64,000 nt of DNA from Balanoglossus misakiensis (taxonomy: Eukaryota > Animalia > Hemichordata): contig CM082583.2 of the NCBI GenBank assembly GCA_040954595.2, positions 1,374,925-1,438,924 on the forward strand, given 5' to 3'. The first letter of the stretch is position 1. Every line of letters starts with the position of its first letter. The notes below the pieces were generated by a model, which saw nothing but the letters and a program-made list of their open reading frames with translations, was not told where the DNA came from and ran no database searches. Shown here piece after piece: positions 52,243 through 64,000 of this stretch. The position numbers were made by a program, and so were the translations under genes.

Positions 52243-52895
52243 CTTGTATAAATACACAATTATACTTAATGATTTAATTTAACAGTTTTCTTTATTTTAT
52301 TGACAGTTTTGGCTACCAAAGAGTTCTCAAGGTGAGTGTTGGTGTACATCAGTGCAAAGTATAATGTACAAACTAAGAGATCAACACACTCAAATGTGTA
52401 TTGTGTCGTGTACGAATTAGTTTCGTAAATCATTTGTAGATAACATGTTTAGTTTTGTGGTAAGTGACACTGAGGTTTCAGATCGGATAGGATGATTGTC
52501 CAGTGCCATGCATTGTGTGTTAACATGTGAAAGCACTAGCCTAATTTGTTTGAAATTTGGTATTCAGGGATGATGTAAGAAAAAATAATTTTAACAGTTC
52601 ATAGAATCAGTGTTTGTTAATACTTCAAAAAGGTATGTGACTTGAATGTGTGCAGTACATCATTGTGCTATGTGGTGTTAACACCATTGAATAGTGCCAT
52701 TACTTACAGCAATCTTACAGCAATGGCTTCAGTAAAACATTGAGTATGATTTGTGTGATTCCTGATACCCCTGTCTTGTCATTTGTGATGTTTTATTGTG
52801 TACTTTTTGAAATACAGAAACTGGTGTGTTAGTTGAATATGTCAGTGAGTGAATGTGCAATTGGACAGTGTGTTGGCAGTTAGTGGAGATAAAAA

Positions 52896-52969
52896 ATCCT
52901 CATGGTGTAATGGTTAACACACTTGTCACTTTGTGATAAGAGATCCAGGTTCGATTCCTGGTGGGGATG
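52896..52969 (+). tRNA. tRNA-Gln-like gene or pseudogene with a 2-nt-expanded anticodon arm
   Basis: Acceptor ATCCTCA/TGGGGAT; D arm GTGT-AATGGTTA-ACAC (A box TGGTGTAATGG); T arm CCAGG-TTCGATT-CCTGG (B box). Anticodon arm CTTGTCACTTTGTGATAAG is 19 nt instead of 17. Confidence 0.65.
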
Positions 52970-53135
52970 ATGAAAAAAAGAGTCCATTAGCTGTGTGCTT
53001 GAGTATGAGTGTAATATATGTATGTACGTATTTATGCATGTATGTAGCCAGCAAACACACAAAACATATTGTGTATATTCAATTCCATACAGTGTTTGAT
53101 AATAAATATGTTGCTGTTTTACAATTTGGCATTCA

Positions 53136-54230
53136 CTGCTGATAATTAGGTTTCCATAGATACAAGCGGAATGCAATAGAAGAGGGATAACCATATACAT
53201 GTATAGAAAAGGTAGGTTACCCCTTCCCCTATCATCCAAATACTACCACAGAGGGTGCTATATTATATGACCATCAACTGAGTATCATTCAAATACTCTG
53301 TGCACAGTGGGTAAATACACATTTGTTTTTTTAGGAGACTTTCATCAGTTGCAGTAAAATACAACGTGACTACACTATATACACCAATGAGAATGGCCAT
53401 GTAATTCAGAGAGTGCTTGATATTAAAACTGTTTCATAGTTGTGGCCTTTACTGCTGATAATTAGGTTACCATAGATACAAGCCCAATGCAACAGGACAG
53501 GGATAAACATATGCAAAGACAAGATTAAACCCCACCTCCATAATCAAAATACTACCACAGAGGGCGCTATACTATATGACCATCAACTGAGTATCATTCA
53601 AATACTCTGTGCACAGTGGGTAAAGACACATTTGGTTTTTTAGGAGACTTTCATCAGTAGCAGTAAAATACAACGTGACTACACTATATACACCAATGAG
53701 AATGGCCGTGTAATTCAGAGAGTGCTTGATATTAAAACTGTTTCATAGTTGTGGCCTTTACTGCTGATAATTAGGTTACCATAGATACAAGCCCAATGCA
53801 ACATGACAGGGATAAACATATGCAAAGACAAGATTTAACCCCACCTCCATAATCAAAATACTACCACAGAGGGCGCTATACTATATGACCATCAACTGAG
53901 TATCATTCAAATACTCTGTGCACAGTGGGTAAAGACACATTTGGTTTTTTAGGAGAATTTCATCAGTTGCAGTAAAATACAACGTGACTACACTATATAC
54001 ACCAATGAGAATGGCCGTGTAATTCAGAGAGTGCTTGATATTAAAACTGTTTCATAGTTGTGGCCTTTACTGCTGATAATTAGGTTACCATAGATACAAG
54101 TGGAATGGAACCGGACAGGGATAAACATACAAAGGCTAGGTTAACCCCCCCCCCAAATACTACCACAGAGGGCGCTATACTGATCATCAAGTCAGTACCA
54201 TTGAAATAAATCTGTGCAGAGTGGGTAAAT
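53136..54230 (+). repeat. Tandem repeat, ~309-bp unit, about 3.5 copies
   Basis: ACTGCTGATAATTAGGTT.CCATAGATACAAG starts at ~53136, 53451, 53760 and 54069; the central copies are near-identical. Confidence 0.92.
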
Positions 54231-54509
54231 TAGGCATTTGGTTCTTCAGATTTTCATAAGTTGCACTAAAATGCTATGTGGCCCACTACAAGGACAAATA
54301 AGTCAAAAATGGCAAATTTGACGTTTACTTTGAGGTTGGCATGGGGCAAACGAGACAATACAAGAACACTGAAACTCAATTAGTGAAACACTAAAGTTGT
54401 ACTTTATTTCTCTAACAAACTTAGAGAAAATTTACATGGCCATCTTTTTACTCAGAGACCTGATGTTGAATAGAAATGTGGTAGTGCAGGTCCACATGAG
54501 TGCCGTGTA

Positions 54510-56780
54510 CTAGCCTCTCTCTCTGCAAATCCATCCACAACTTGCATGCAGATAGTGGGAGTCTGATGTAAGCAACTACTGCAGTTAATACTTACAAAGT
54601 GTATTCCCTCCAACACCCCATGGACGGTATCATGTCATCACCAGTAGCTATATGTTCTTCTAACACCTTGAGAGAAAAAAATGGATTGTTACTGATAGAT
54701 TACAAAGCACTGACAATACAAGAGGGGGAGGGGTAAGGTTTGTTGAGAGCAATTGTTTTTTGCTAAACATTAGTGAAAATATGAAATTATTGACATGTAG
54801 GATTTCAATTTTATGATGTAAGAGTATTTTATAATATCTCACCGGGACTTCAGTTGTCGCTGTAGTATTTAACCCAAGTTTAACTGTGCCACCCATGTCC
54901 ATGCATGGCAAGGTTTTCTCTCCCAAAAGTTTCAGTTTGGTATCCCAGTTACCATCAGTTGCACTTACTCCACGCCTTCTAAGTTGAATGCGATTTACCA
55001 TCACAGGATTCATACTGTGGTGCAAAGACAATTAAAAACATCGATTGTAAGTCATTTAGTAGTGATACCATTGTGACCAAACCTCGTTTTAAAATACATG
55101 TAATCTGTCCTCGAAACTATCATTGTTTTTTTTCTAGAATATTAGAACGCGCTCAAAAATAAAAATGCGACCTGTAAGCGAGTGCCGCGTTTCAATTGGT
55201 ACTGACGATAAACACCGCCACTCGGAGATAAAATCAACGTTTTTTTTTAAATGCAAGTGAACGCATGGAGGCGGCCATATTGAATTTAGGTTACATCCCA
55301 AGACATTCCGACTGGGCTTCAGGTGGATTCGGGAAAGGTCTCTAAAACATAATCGGTCATCCAATTTTGTATACTAAATTTCTAAAAATGTAGGACATGG
55401 GAGGTTAACATACCCACAATGACTACACACAAAAAAGGGCCCAGGCGTTTCGGGGTGCGATTGTTACGTACCTTAGCTCCATCATCTGCAACCATGCAGC
55501 CAAGGCGTGGCAGTGAAATTGTGCCTCATTGAGGATACAGTCTAGATCCGGAATTCAGCCAACGGCAAACTGTTTAGCGTGCCTTGTATGCAGCAGGATG
55601 GCAACGTTCTGGAACTTAAATTCTGGAAAGAAAATCCGAAATAGCTGAACAGATAACAGAAGAGAGAATACATACAGCTCCGCAACTTTTCCACTGGAAG
55701 ATATAATACCATTTGCCTCTATGATAGAGCAAAGGTATGTTATAATCGCACCCCGAAACTTATGGGCCTTTTTTTTTGCCGTAGTCATTTTGGGTATCTT
55801 AACCTCCCATCTTCTACATTTTTAGAAATTTACTCTACAAAATTGAATGACCCATTACATTTTAGAGACCTTTCCCGAATTCAACCAAAGCCTAATCGGA
55901 AGGTCTTCGGATGTAATCCAATATGGCAGCCTCCATGCGATCACGTACATTGAAAATCCATTGATTTCATCGCCGATTACCGATGTTTATCGTCAATACC
56001 GATTCAAACGCGGCACTCGTTTACAAGTCGCATTTATTTTTGATCGCGTTCCAATATTTTAAACAAACTAGATTACTGATAAAAATGCTCAAATTTTTTC
56101 CTCCAAATGCCACCTTTACGGATTCAGTCACATAACTTACAGACTACGCCAAACGTTTTTCCAGATCATACCTTGCGGGCGAAAAGCGATGGATATACCT
56201 GAAACATTGGTAACAGAATTTTATCATCCGCCACAAATAATGATATCAGAAGTCGAGATATCTCCACAGAAGAAGAGGGTGTGCGTTGTAGGAAAAGTCC
56301 ATGATGTGAGTACTGTCAAATGTTGCACAAATAGCCGTTAAACCTGAAATATAGATTGAAAGTGGATATTGTTTTACACAATTTTTGAACATTGAGTAAA
56401 GTATTATAATGATGGAATCCGATAAAAAAGTGAGTTGGTAATTTCGGCATCCGACTTCGTTATTAAAAATGGAAAGGTTTGCGATTCGGTTCAAGTAGTA
56501 TTTGCAAGTTTGAAAGGAAATATTTCATTGAAGTACAGTGGCAACTACTGCATTATTGAGAATCTTTGAAATGTTGATGAACGGAGACTTATAATAGAAT
56601 AAATGAAAACCTACCTTTAACGGTGTTAGGGTTACTACACCTGACAGACCGCTGGTCTGCGTCCGACCGATTCTGAGCTCCTAGCTCTTGTGGAGACATG
56701 CGGAGGTACAGCGGGTTAACGGTTAGAAAGTGTTGATGAAAGCAATGATTAATTACATAGGCCAATCAGGATCCTGGAGT
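54510..56780 (-). pseudogene. Diverged, rearranged minus-strand paralogue of the OB-fold gene
   Basis: ~56335-56780 is an inverted copy of ~58580-59036 (promoter, 5' exon, intron); 55134-55472 is an inverted copy of the next intron; exon ~55020-54843 encodes RRRGVSATDGNWDTKLKLLGEKT..GGTVKLG..LNTTATTEV, homologous to 59726-59932. Confidence 0.7.
55496..55960 (+). pseudogene. Partial plus-strand duplicate of OB-fold exon 1 and its intron
   Basis: Highly similar to ~59074-59538 but lacks the ATG and has a frameshifting indel (GATACAGTCTAG) and a TGG>TAG change near 55642. Confidence 0.8.
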
Positions 56781-57482
56781 TAGATATTCGAGTGAAATGG
56801 TGGAAAAACGGGAATGCCGATTGGTTCAATTTAACCGGAGGGAAATTGCTACATTATATGACGTCAGTTGCGAACGATAATGCATATATTAAGCTAAGGT
56901 TGAATCCGGTTTTTCCATCAAGCACAACCATATTTCAGTCATATAAAAAACGAAGAAAATAACACTAAAAAAATATTTCCTTTTTAAAAACTTCACTATA
57001 GCATTATTATAATGATGTACGTCGTACATAAAATGATACACGTGACATCTTCTTGTTCAGAGTTTTAAAACAGGTAGAGAGTGCCCATGGGTAACCCGAA
57101 AACACACAAACCGGGTAAAAAAATGAAAGTCCTGCGAAGGCCAGGAGTATACACTGAAAAATTACAATAAATCTAGTACAAAAGTTTGTATCCTCACGAA
57201 TAATTAACTCTGATTGCATATTTAATTCCCACCCTTTGAACTTTCGTTTATTTATGGATAAAATTAGAGAAGTCCGCTGTGTTGAAGGTAAACTTGCAAA
57301 ATATAGAAAAACTGTAAATCAGTATGAAACAAAATGGGCAGTACTTTTGCATTGTGAGTTGTAACAAATCTTACTTTTTCTATCTTTGTAAGCGTTAATC
57401 TTTATTGACCTCGCTTGTTGTTTTGTGTTTTTGTGTTGTTTTTGTTGTGTCATTTGTTTCCTATAAAAATTAATAAAAAAAG

Positions 57483-57515
<33 letters not shown>

Positions 57516-58604
57516 GATTGCATAAGTTTATTTCCGTCTCATTACCTTCTGAAAGCAAATCACTCACTTGCCGGTAAAAGTTGAGTAAAATACTACATCT
57601 AAACTGCATAGCGATGGCGGCCCATAAAAATAATTGCCCAGTGTCCCACTTGCAATGCACAACTTTTTAGGCCAAGTGCTAATGATATTCGAATTTTCGA
57701 AGGTTACGCAATATACACATACATGTATAAATATTAATTTATGAACAATTTCCAGTGTTCACGCTGGGATTTCTTTCGTTCTAGTTTACTCGTTACATAA
57801 TGTACCAATTCCCTCCGGTAAGTTGAGCCGATTCCCATCACTTTGAGCCAATCGATATTCATGGTTTTTCAGCATTTCAGTCGACTATATTTACACCTGT
57901 TGCATGTCTTTGCAGTTTTTGACTTGACGCTTACAACCGAGTCGCACCGCACGCAGTACTATCTTGTTGTCTTCATGTTTAGTTGTTGTTTTGCGCACAC
58001 TATTTGCACAAAAATATCTGCTCGTTTTGTTATCAACGATCGAGTATATGTTAGGAAGTCCGACATAGAGAACTTTGTTCTAAATATTCAATGCCCCACA
58101 AATGATATACTAGACTGCTCGACACAACACACCCCAGCCATACTCCATTAGTACACGCCACAAACACCGTATTTATACAGCCTGAGGGATTTCAGCTTCG
58201 AACTTATTGCCCAATCATATTCGACTATTTCCAACCAATCCCCTTCTGACTAATTGACCAATCACACGCTTCGAGCATAATTTCCAAAAAAGGGAAAACT
58301 AACGAATTTGCTACATCTTTCCGGTTTCATCTTCAACAGTTTCTAACATTTTTTTGGACCCCCCCCCCCTCGATAAACACCCATACTCAAAGGGTAACTT
58401 CATTTAATTGTCAGTAAATAAAATCAATTCACAGTCTTATTACATGTACTATTTATAATATACTCAAATTTCCACTACAAAATATCTGTATATTTGCTTT
58501 AAATTCTGAAATCTTTCCACCCAAACCTCTAGTTATGCAAATTTAAATTGCTGTCTGTTGCGTTCGCCTACGGTTTCTCATTTTCGGACATTCGAATCTA
58601 ACTC

Positions 58605-58620
58605 CTGATTGGCCTATAAA
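58605..58620 (+). promoter_or_regulatory. Inverted CCAAT box plus TATA-like box of the OB-fold gene
   Basis: CTGATTGGCCTATAAA upstream of a putative non-coding exon ending AAAG|GTAGGT (~58754); the CCAAT part is kept in the inverted paralogue (~56760). Confidence 0.45.
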
Positions 58621-59039
58621 CTTATTTCTTTCATCAACACTTTCTAACCGTTAACCCGCTGTACCTCCGCATGTCTCCACAAGAGCTAGGAGCTCAGAAT
58701 CGGATGAACGAGACAAGCGGTCTCTCACGTTTAGTAACCGTAACACCGTTAAAGGTAGGTTTTCATTGATTCTAATAAGTCTCCGTTCAACAACATTTCA
58801 AAGATTCTCCATAACCCAGTAGTTGCCACTGTGCTTCAATGAAATATTTCCTTTCAAACTTGCAAATGGTAACCGAATCTCAAATCGCAAATCTTTCCAT
58901 TTTTAATAACGAAGTCGGATGCCGCAATCACCAACTCACTTTTTTATCGGACTCCATCATTCTAATACTTTACTTCAATGTTCAAAAATTGTGTAAAACA
59001 ATATCCACTCTCAATCTATATTTCAGGTTTAACGGCGTT

Positions 59040-59932
59040 ATGACATCCCCGGCTCCCGGTCCCTCATCACCAACCAGCCAAGGCGTGGCACTGAAATTGC
59101 GCGTCATGGAGGATGTCGAGATCCGGAATTCCGCCAACGGGAAACTGTTTAGCGTGCCTTGTCTGCAGCAGGATGGCAACGTTCTGGAACTTAAATTCTG
59201 GAAAGAAAATCCGAAGTGGCTGAACAGATTACAGAAGGGAGAATACGTACAGCTCCGCAACTTTTCCACTGGAAGAGATAATACCATTTGCCTCTATGAT
59301 AGAGCAAAGGTACGTTATAATCGCACCCCGAAACTTATGGGCCTGACTTTTTTTTGCCGTAGTCATTTTGGGTATCTTAACCTCCCATCTTCTACATTTT
59401 TAGAAATTTACTCTACAAAATTGAATGACCCATTACATTTTAGAGACCTTTCCCGAATTCAACCGAAGCCCAATGGGAAGGTCTTCGGATGTAATCCAAT
59501 ATGGCAGCCTCCATGCGATCACATACATTGAAAATCCATTTATATGATACAACCATGCCTTGTCAACTCACCTCGGGTCAAAATTACTGCCATCGATTCA
59601 TCATTTTGCAGTTCAAATTTTAAAAAGCAACTGACAAAAAACAACCACTCTTGCACTATTTCTCCACAACATTTACTACTCGTAATTATTAACATTCAAT
59701 GTTTTCCATTTTATTTCCACTACAGTATGAATCAGTGACACATACATCGAATTCTACAAAGAGACGTAAACTGACCATAACTGATGGCACAAGAGATGCT
59801 GAAGTCAACCTTTGGGGTGAGAAAACAGCGCTGCCACTGGATGTAGGTGCCACAGTTAAACTAGGCCCATTGGTTATCAACAGATATAAAACATCGTCCA
59901 CATTAAATACAACAGCGACAACTGAAGTGGAG
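59040..59932 (+). CDS. Putative tandem OB-fold (RPA1/SSB-like) protein, exons 59040-59309 and 59726-59932; 3' end apparently disrupted
   Basis: Exon 1 GKLFSVPCLQQDGNVLELKFWKE..LQKGEYVQLRNFS; exon 2 KRRKLTITDGTRDAEVNLWGEKT..GATVKLGPLVINRYK..LNTT..TEVE resembles the RPA1 KR.L.L.D.T..I..TLWGE strand pattern. GT-AG sites, phase 0. Confidence 0.62.
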
Positions 59933-59969
59933 GTGAGACATAAAATACTGTTCCTGATGCTCCGTGAGA

Positions 59970-61380
59970 ACTGTCAAGTAGCCACGGTTCTAGGCGACAT
60001 AGGATGGATGTCCACGGTACGGGAGGAGGCCATGCATGTATACGGGAAGGAAAAGACCGAAGCCAACCTGCCCGTACCATCCGACGCAGCCATAAAAACC
60101 TGCACACTACCTCGGGAGTTCAATCCAGGCCGCGTACGTGGGGGATTCGTTGGCCATATCTCCCCGCAAGAGCCCACAAGAACCACCACCGCAGCTGACG
60201 ACCTGGAGGAAACTTTGAGCATCTTCCGGGATCCGCAGCTGGAAAAACAGGTACTCGGTGGCGACAAGGACCAGGCGATGGAGGTGTCGGAAGGGCCAGA
60301 CCCACCCCGCACCCGTGTATCACCCCCAATAGCAGTAGCGAGAGACGGGGGAAACCAACGGCTGCTGCAGGAGCCATCACCCCCACGCCAAGAAATGCTG
60401 CCGCTGCAGTCACTGATCAACCCATTGGAGCTGGAGGCGACGTTGGAGGCGGGGGAATATCTAATCCCTTGGGAACTTCGACGCCACCCCGGCAGCCCTA
60501 CTAGGTCCAGATCCCCAACCCGGTCGCCGCGACCGGAGCGTTCTCGAGAGGAAAGGCGGGACCGCCCACCTTCCCGTGAACGACCATCCTTTTCACGCTG
60601 GGGAGATCTCAGCCCCAGACGTCGATCACCGATCCGGTATCCGACGCCGGAACCGCCCAAAGAAGACGAACGCCGCTGGAGGAGCGCCAGGCCGGCCCGA
60701 AGGAGCCCCCTATCCTCTGTTCCACATTACTCATCAGGCCCTTCTCCATGTCCGTTCCCGGGAGGCCGGAGGTCCACGCGCAAACTGAAGAAACACGCCT
60801 TTCAGTGCCACCTTCCAGTTATTTTTACTGAGAAGCCGGTAGTATTCCGCGAGCGGGACGCGGTGGAGGCGTTAGAGAAACTCACCTATACTGGCTGTGT
60901 GGTCCAGGAAATGAAATACCCGACCTGCTAGACTTCTATATCCGCAGGGGCGGACCTGGACGGATCCCTACGGAATCCTTTTGTTCACCGGAGTCCATGG
61001 TGATGATGAAGCGCCTGTGCGTCTTCCAGGGGTGGGAGGTGCCGAACAGGTTCCGACTGAGCTCCCCCACCACACCAGCGATTCTCATCCACTGGCGTGT
61101 CCTTAGCATACTGCTGAGGTGGGTATCCCAATCACGACAGGAAGAATTCCGGGAAATCCGACCTCACCGGAAAACATCATCAATCCGGACACAGCAACCA
61201 GAGAGGACGGGGGCGGAAGCAGTCGCACAGAATCCATCGACGCAGGGGGAGCGAGGACGCGCCAGGGGTTTTTGATGCATTTTTTATCCCCCAAGCGTGC
61301 GCGGAGGAGTGCCGAGTGGAAGACGCGCCCACCACCATAGATGACCTCACTGACTACGATGTTGGTGTCCCCCCCCCCCG
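59970..61380 (+). mobile_element. GC-rich insertion with a frameshifted ORF (Pro/Arg/Ser-rich region, degenerate zinc finger); probable TE ORF fragment, family unknown
   Basis: Abrupt GC rise; ORF with RSRSP repeats, CPFPGG..LKKHAFQCHLP, then after a frameshift near 60920 PTTPAILIHWRVLSILL; ends at a C-run near 61370-61380. Confidence 0.4.
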
Positions 61381-63412
61381 CATTTTTAAAGGTTTCTATA
61401 GAAAAGCATTGTTGAGGTTCACAAAACTTTGAAGAAGCTTTGCAACCCTAACTTTGGCCAAAGATTTGAATGTTAAGGTTTCACAAACGTAGTTACAGCT
61501 GAGGTTCAACTAAGACTAGTATAAGAGGCTTCAGCACGCCAAGTCTTGTAGCAAGCTTCAACACAAAGCTTTTTGCAACATTGTTCAAAGCGTTGTCAAA
61601 GGTACTGCACAACCCTGGTGAAGTAGTGCTATATTTTCAATTAAATGGCTTAAGCCATTTGTCTCTCCAACCAGAATTGCACCAGAGTTAAATACACACA
61701 GCTTGAAATTTTAAAATGTTGCAAAATCAAACGATCACATCCTTACACCTATTATTAGAACCAGAAGTTGAGTCAAAATTTTCCTACCTAGAAATTTTCT
61801 TTCCTGTGAAGTTTTTTGCTTATTGGCATTCATATGGAAGCCTAGACCTATTCCAGCTGAGTTGCCAAAATGGCAATGTTGGACAATTCTTCTAATATGC
61901 ATGATCAAAAATGGCCGCCAAATACCTTCTCTAAAATAAAACTTGGCCCTTTTTTCTCAAAATTATGTGTAATATCTAAAATTTCAGGATTTGCATCCAT
62001 ATTGGTTATGTATTGCAAATATGGCAGTGTTTGGCAACTTTTCTATTTTGCATAATCAAAAATGGCCGCCAATCACCACTAAAAGTGAAATTTTGCCATG
62101 TTTCCCAAAATGATGCGCAATGTCGTATTTTCAGGATTAGCACATTCATATGGGTACCTTTAACAATACAACTGTGTTGCAAATTTGGCAGTGTTACCGT
62201 ACTAATCATGAAGCAAGGAAGTGCAACCTCTGTATCCCAAATATATGTCTATCCCCACTGATAGGAGTCACAAAGAGCCAGCCCCTCTGCATCATCCTGT
62301 TCCTCAATCTCACGATGGGAATCCTTTTCAGAATTCCGACCTCAAAACATCCAGGGATTCACCATCATTCACCACACCCTCGTCAGTATCCACCATGTTT
62401 AGATCCAATGCCTGAACATGTTGTCTCTTTATCTATGGATTGCGTTAAAGGCCAGTGGGAGTTTCATCTCCTTTTTTTGCAATTTTGACCATTTTTATCT
62501 GGTGCATAATGCTAGAGTACATATCATCCATACAGGATGATGCATGTACAGTGATGGGAAATGTATCAATCCACTCCTGCACTAGATTTGCATACAGTGC
62601 CATCCCTTTTAGGGCTATTTTCTTGACCCTTTTGATAGTCTGCTGGCCAAAAGTGGCTGGCCAAAGTGGCCAGCAGAGACATTCTTTCAATACCCTTCAT
62701 TGTGCCAACAGACAAGGCTTGGATATACAACCTGTGTTGCTTGTAAGGCACACATCTCCAATTGGTACATTGGGCCAATTATACTGTACATGTACAGCTA
62801 GGAAAAAATATACTTCATCATAGTTTCCATGGTCAGCAGCTTCAATAACTTGTTGCCTTTTCTTACTGAACATTTAGACTTATAAAGAAGTATAACAAGA
62901 ATAAAGTTGTCCAATTAGTGTTGGCAGGGGGTGGGGGATGTGTTCTCCCATACAAAGGTGTATAGGTATGTAGTCTTTAAGAAAAACTTGGGGTAAATGA
63001 CCAGAAAATTTGACTTATAATACAAATAGGTCGGGTTTTGGGCATTTACACGTGTTGATGTTATCGACTGGGGCGACAGACTACCATCCGAAAAAATTTG
63101 AAGTACCCCCCCCCCCCCTCGGGTGCCGGCTAGTGGGATGGAGGTGATAGAAACTGTTGCAGATACAATAGAGGCCTACAACCTGAAAACCTTCTGGCTT
63201 TAACCGAGGACTTGCCATTAAAGATACCTGTAGGCCCCTATATGCTGCTCCCACATACACTCCCAGTCCTAAACCTTGCATCTGATTTGTGGTGCAGATG
63301 AAGAATTAAGATTGGCTTGACAATTAGCACACTTAATTGCCTGTTATGAGATATAATACATACAATCATGGGACAAGAATGGCAACAGTTAAATTATCCA
63401 GCAGGTGTTTGA

Positions 63413-63640
63413 ATTATGCAAATTAGAGCAGTTGTCTAATAGTGCCATGTTAACCATGTTGAAATTGTTTTAGGTACCCATATTAATGGAAACCCTGCAA
63501 ATTCGATATTACACACCATTTAAGACAAATATGGGAAATTAACATGTTAGAGAAATTTGGCGGCCATTTTGGATTATGCAAATTAGAACAGTTGTCTAAT
63601 ATTGCCATGTCAACCATGTTGAAATTGTTTTAGGTACCCA
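63413..63640 (+). repeat. Direct repeat, ~68 bp x2 with 160-bp spacing, in a degenerate repeat region
   Basis: ATTATGCAAATTAGA.CAGTTGTCTAATA.TGCCATGT.AACCATGTTGAAATTGTTTTAGGTACCCA at 63413 and 63573. Confidence 0.75.
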
Positions 63641-64000
63641 GGAGAGTTGAATGAAAATGCCATTTGCACTGCAGTTGTCTTGTTTTGGGTGCCCATATTA
63701 AGGCATTCTTGAAAACGAAACATTATTCATCATTTTGACGCAAGCAGAAAAGGTGTTCAAATGCAAATTAGAAGAGTTGCCCAACCCTGCCATATTTGCA
63801 ATACAGTTGTAGTGACTGTCAACTCGACTACTGACAGTCTCGATGAACACAAGACATGATCCCAATTTGCAAGCTGAGTTGAAACTGACTGCTGCAGTAA
63901 CTTAGCTGTGGGAATGTCTTGTGTGATTTAAAACAATGATGACCAAATTTAACACAGTTTCTCTGAGGTAACCATTTAGCTTTCGTGACTAAGTTTGTTT

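Noticed and set aside
59974-60660. 228-aa minus-strand ORF
   Set aside because: Antisense shadow of the GC-rich plus-strand ORF.
62250-62880. Possible decayed minus-strand coding region
   Set aside because: Short ORFs in several frames with no recognisable motif; cannot be supported without a homology search.

Overview
Eukaryotic, intron-containing, repeat-dense DNA, probably from a marine invertebrate deuterostome (an inference from repeat types and a sea-urchin-style histone downstream element). 1-28.9 kb is a hierarchical ~2-kb satellite (AT-rich half plus an array of 81-bp subrepeats) carrying three kinds of DNA transposon: a decayed Chapaev-type element with a RAG1-like N-terminus (Chapa zinc domain plus RING), a 796-bp TTAA-flanked MITE present twice, and an 8.1-kb element with perfect 27-bp CAC...GTG TIRs and a 5-bp TSD. 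The 8.1-kb element carries a spliced, unclassified DDE-type transposase convergent with an intronless HIRAN-domain gene. The HIRAN gene has an upstream E2F site and ends in a canonical replication-dependent histone stem-loop plus HDE, which is the most notable signal in the window. 28.9-52.2 kb holds two direct copies of a ~3.8-kb segment from an intron-rich Kolobok-type transposase locus; between them lies an internal fragment of an uninflatable-like gene (CLECT-LDLa-CUBx3-Sushi x4). 52-64 kb holds a tRNA-Gln-like gene with an abnormal anticodon arm, a 309-bp tandem repeat, rearranged inverted copies of an OB-fold (RPA/SSB-like) gene and a GC-rich insertion of unknown origin. All family calls come from motif recognition by eye; no database searches were run.
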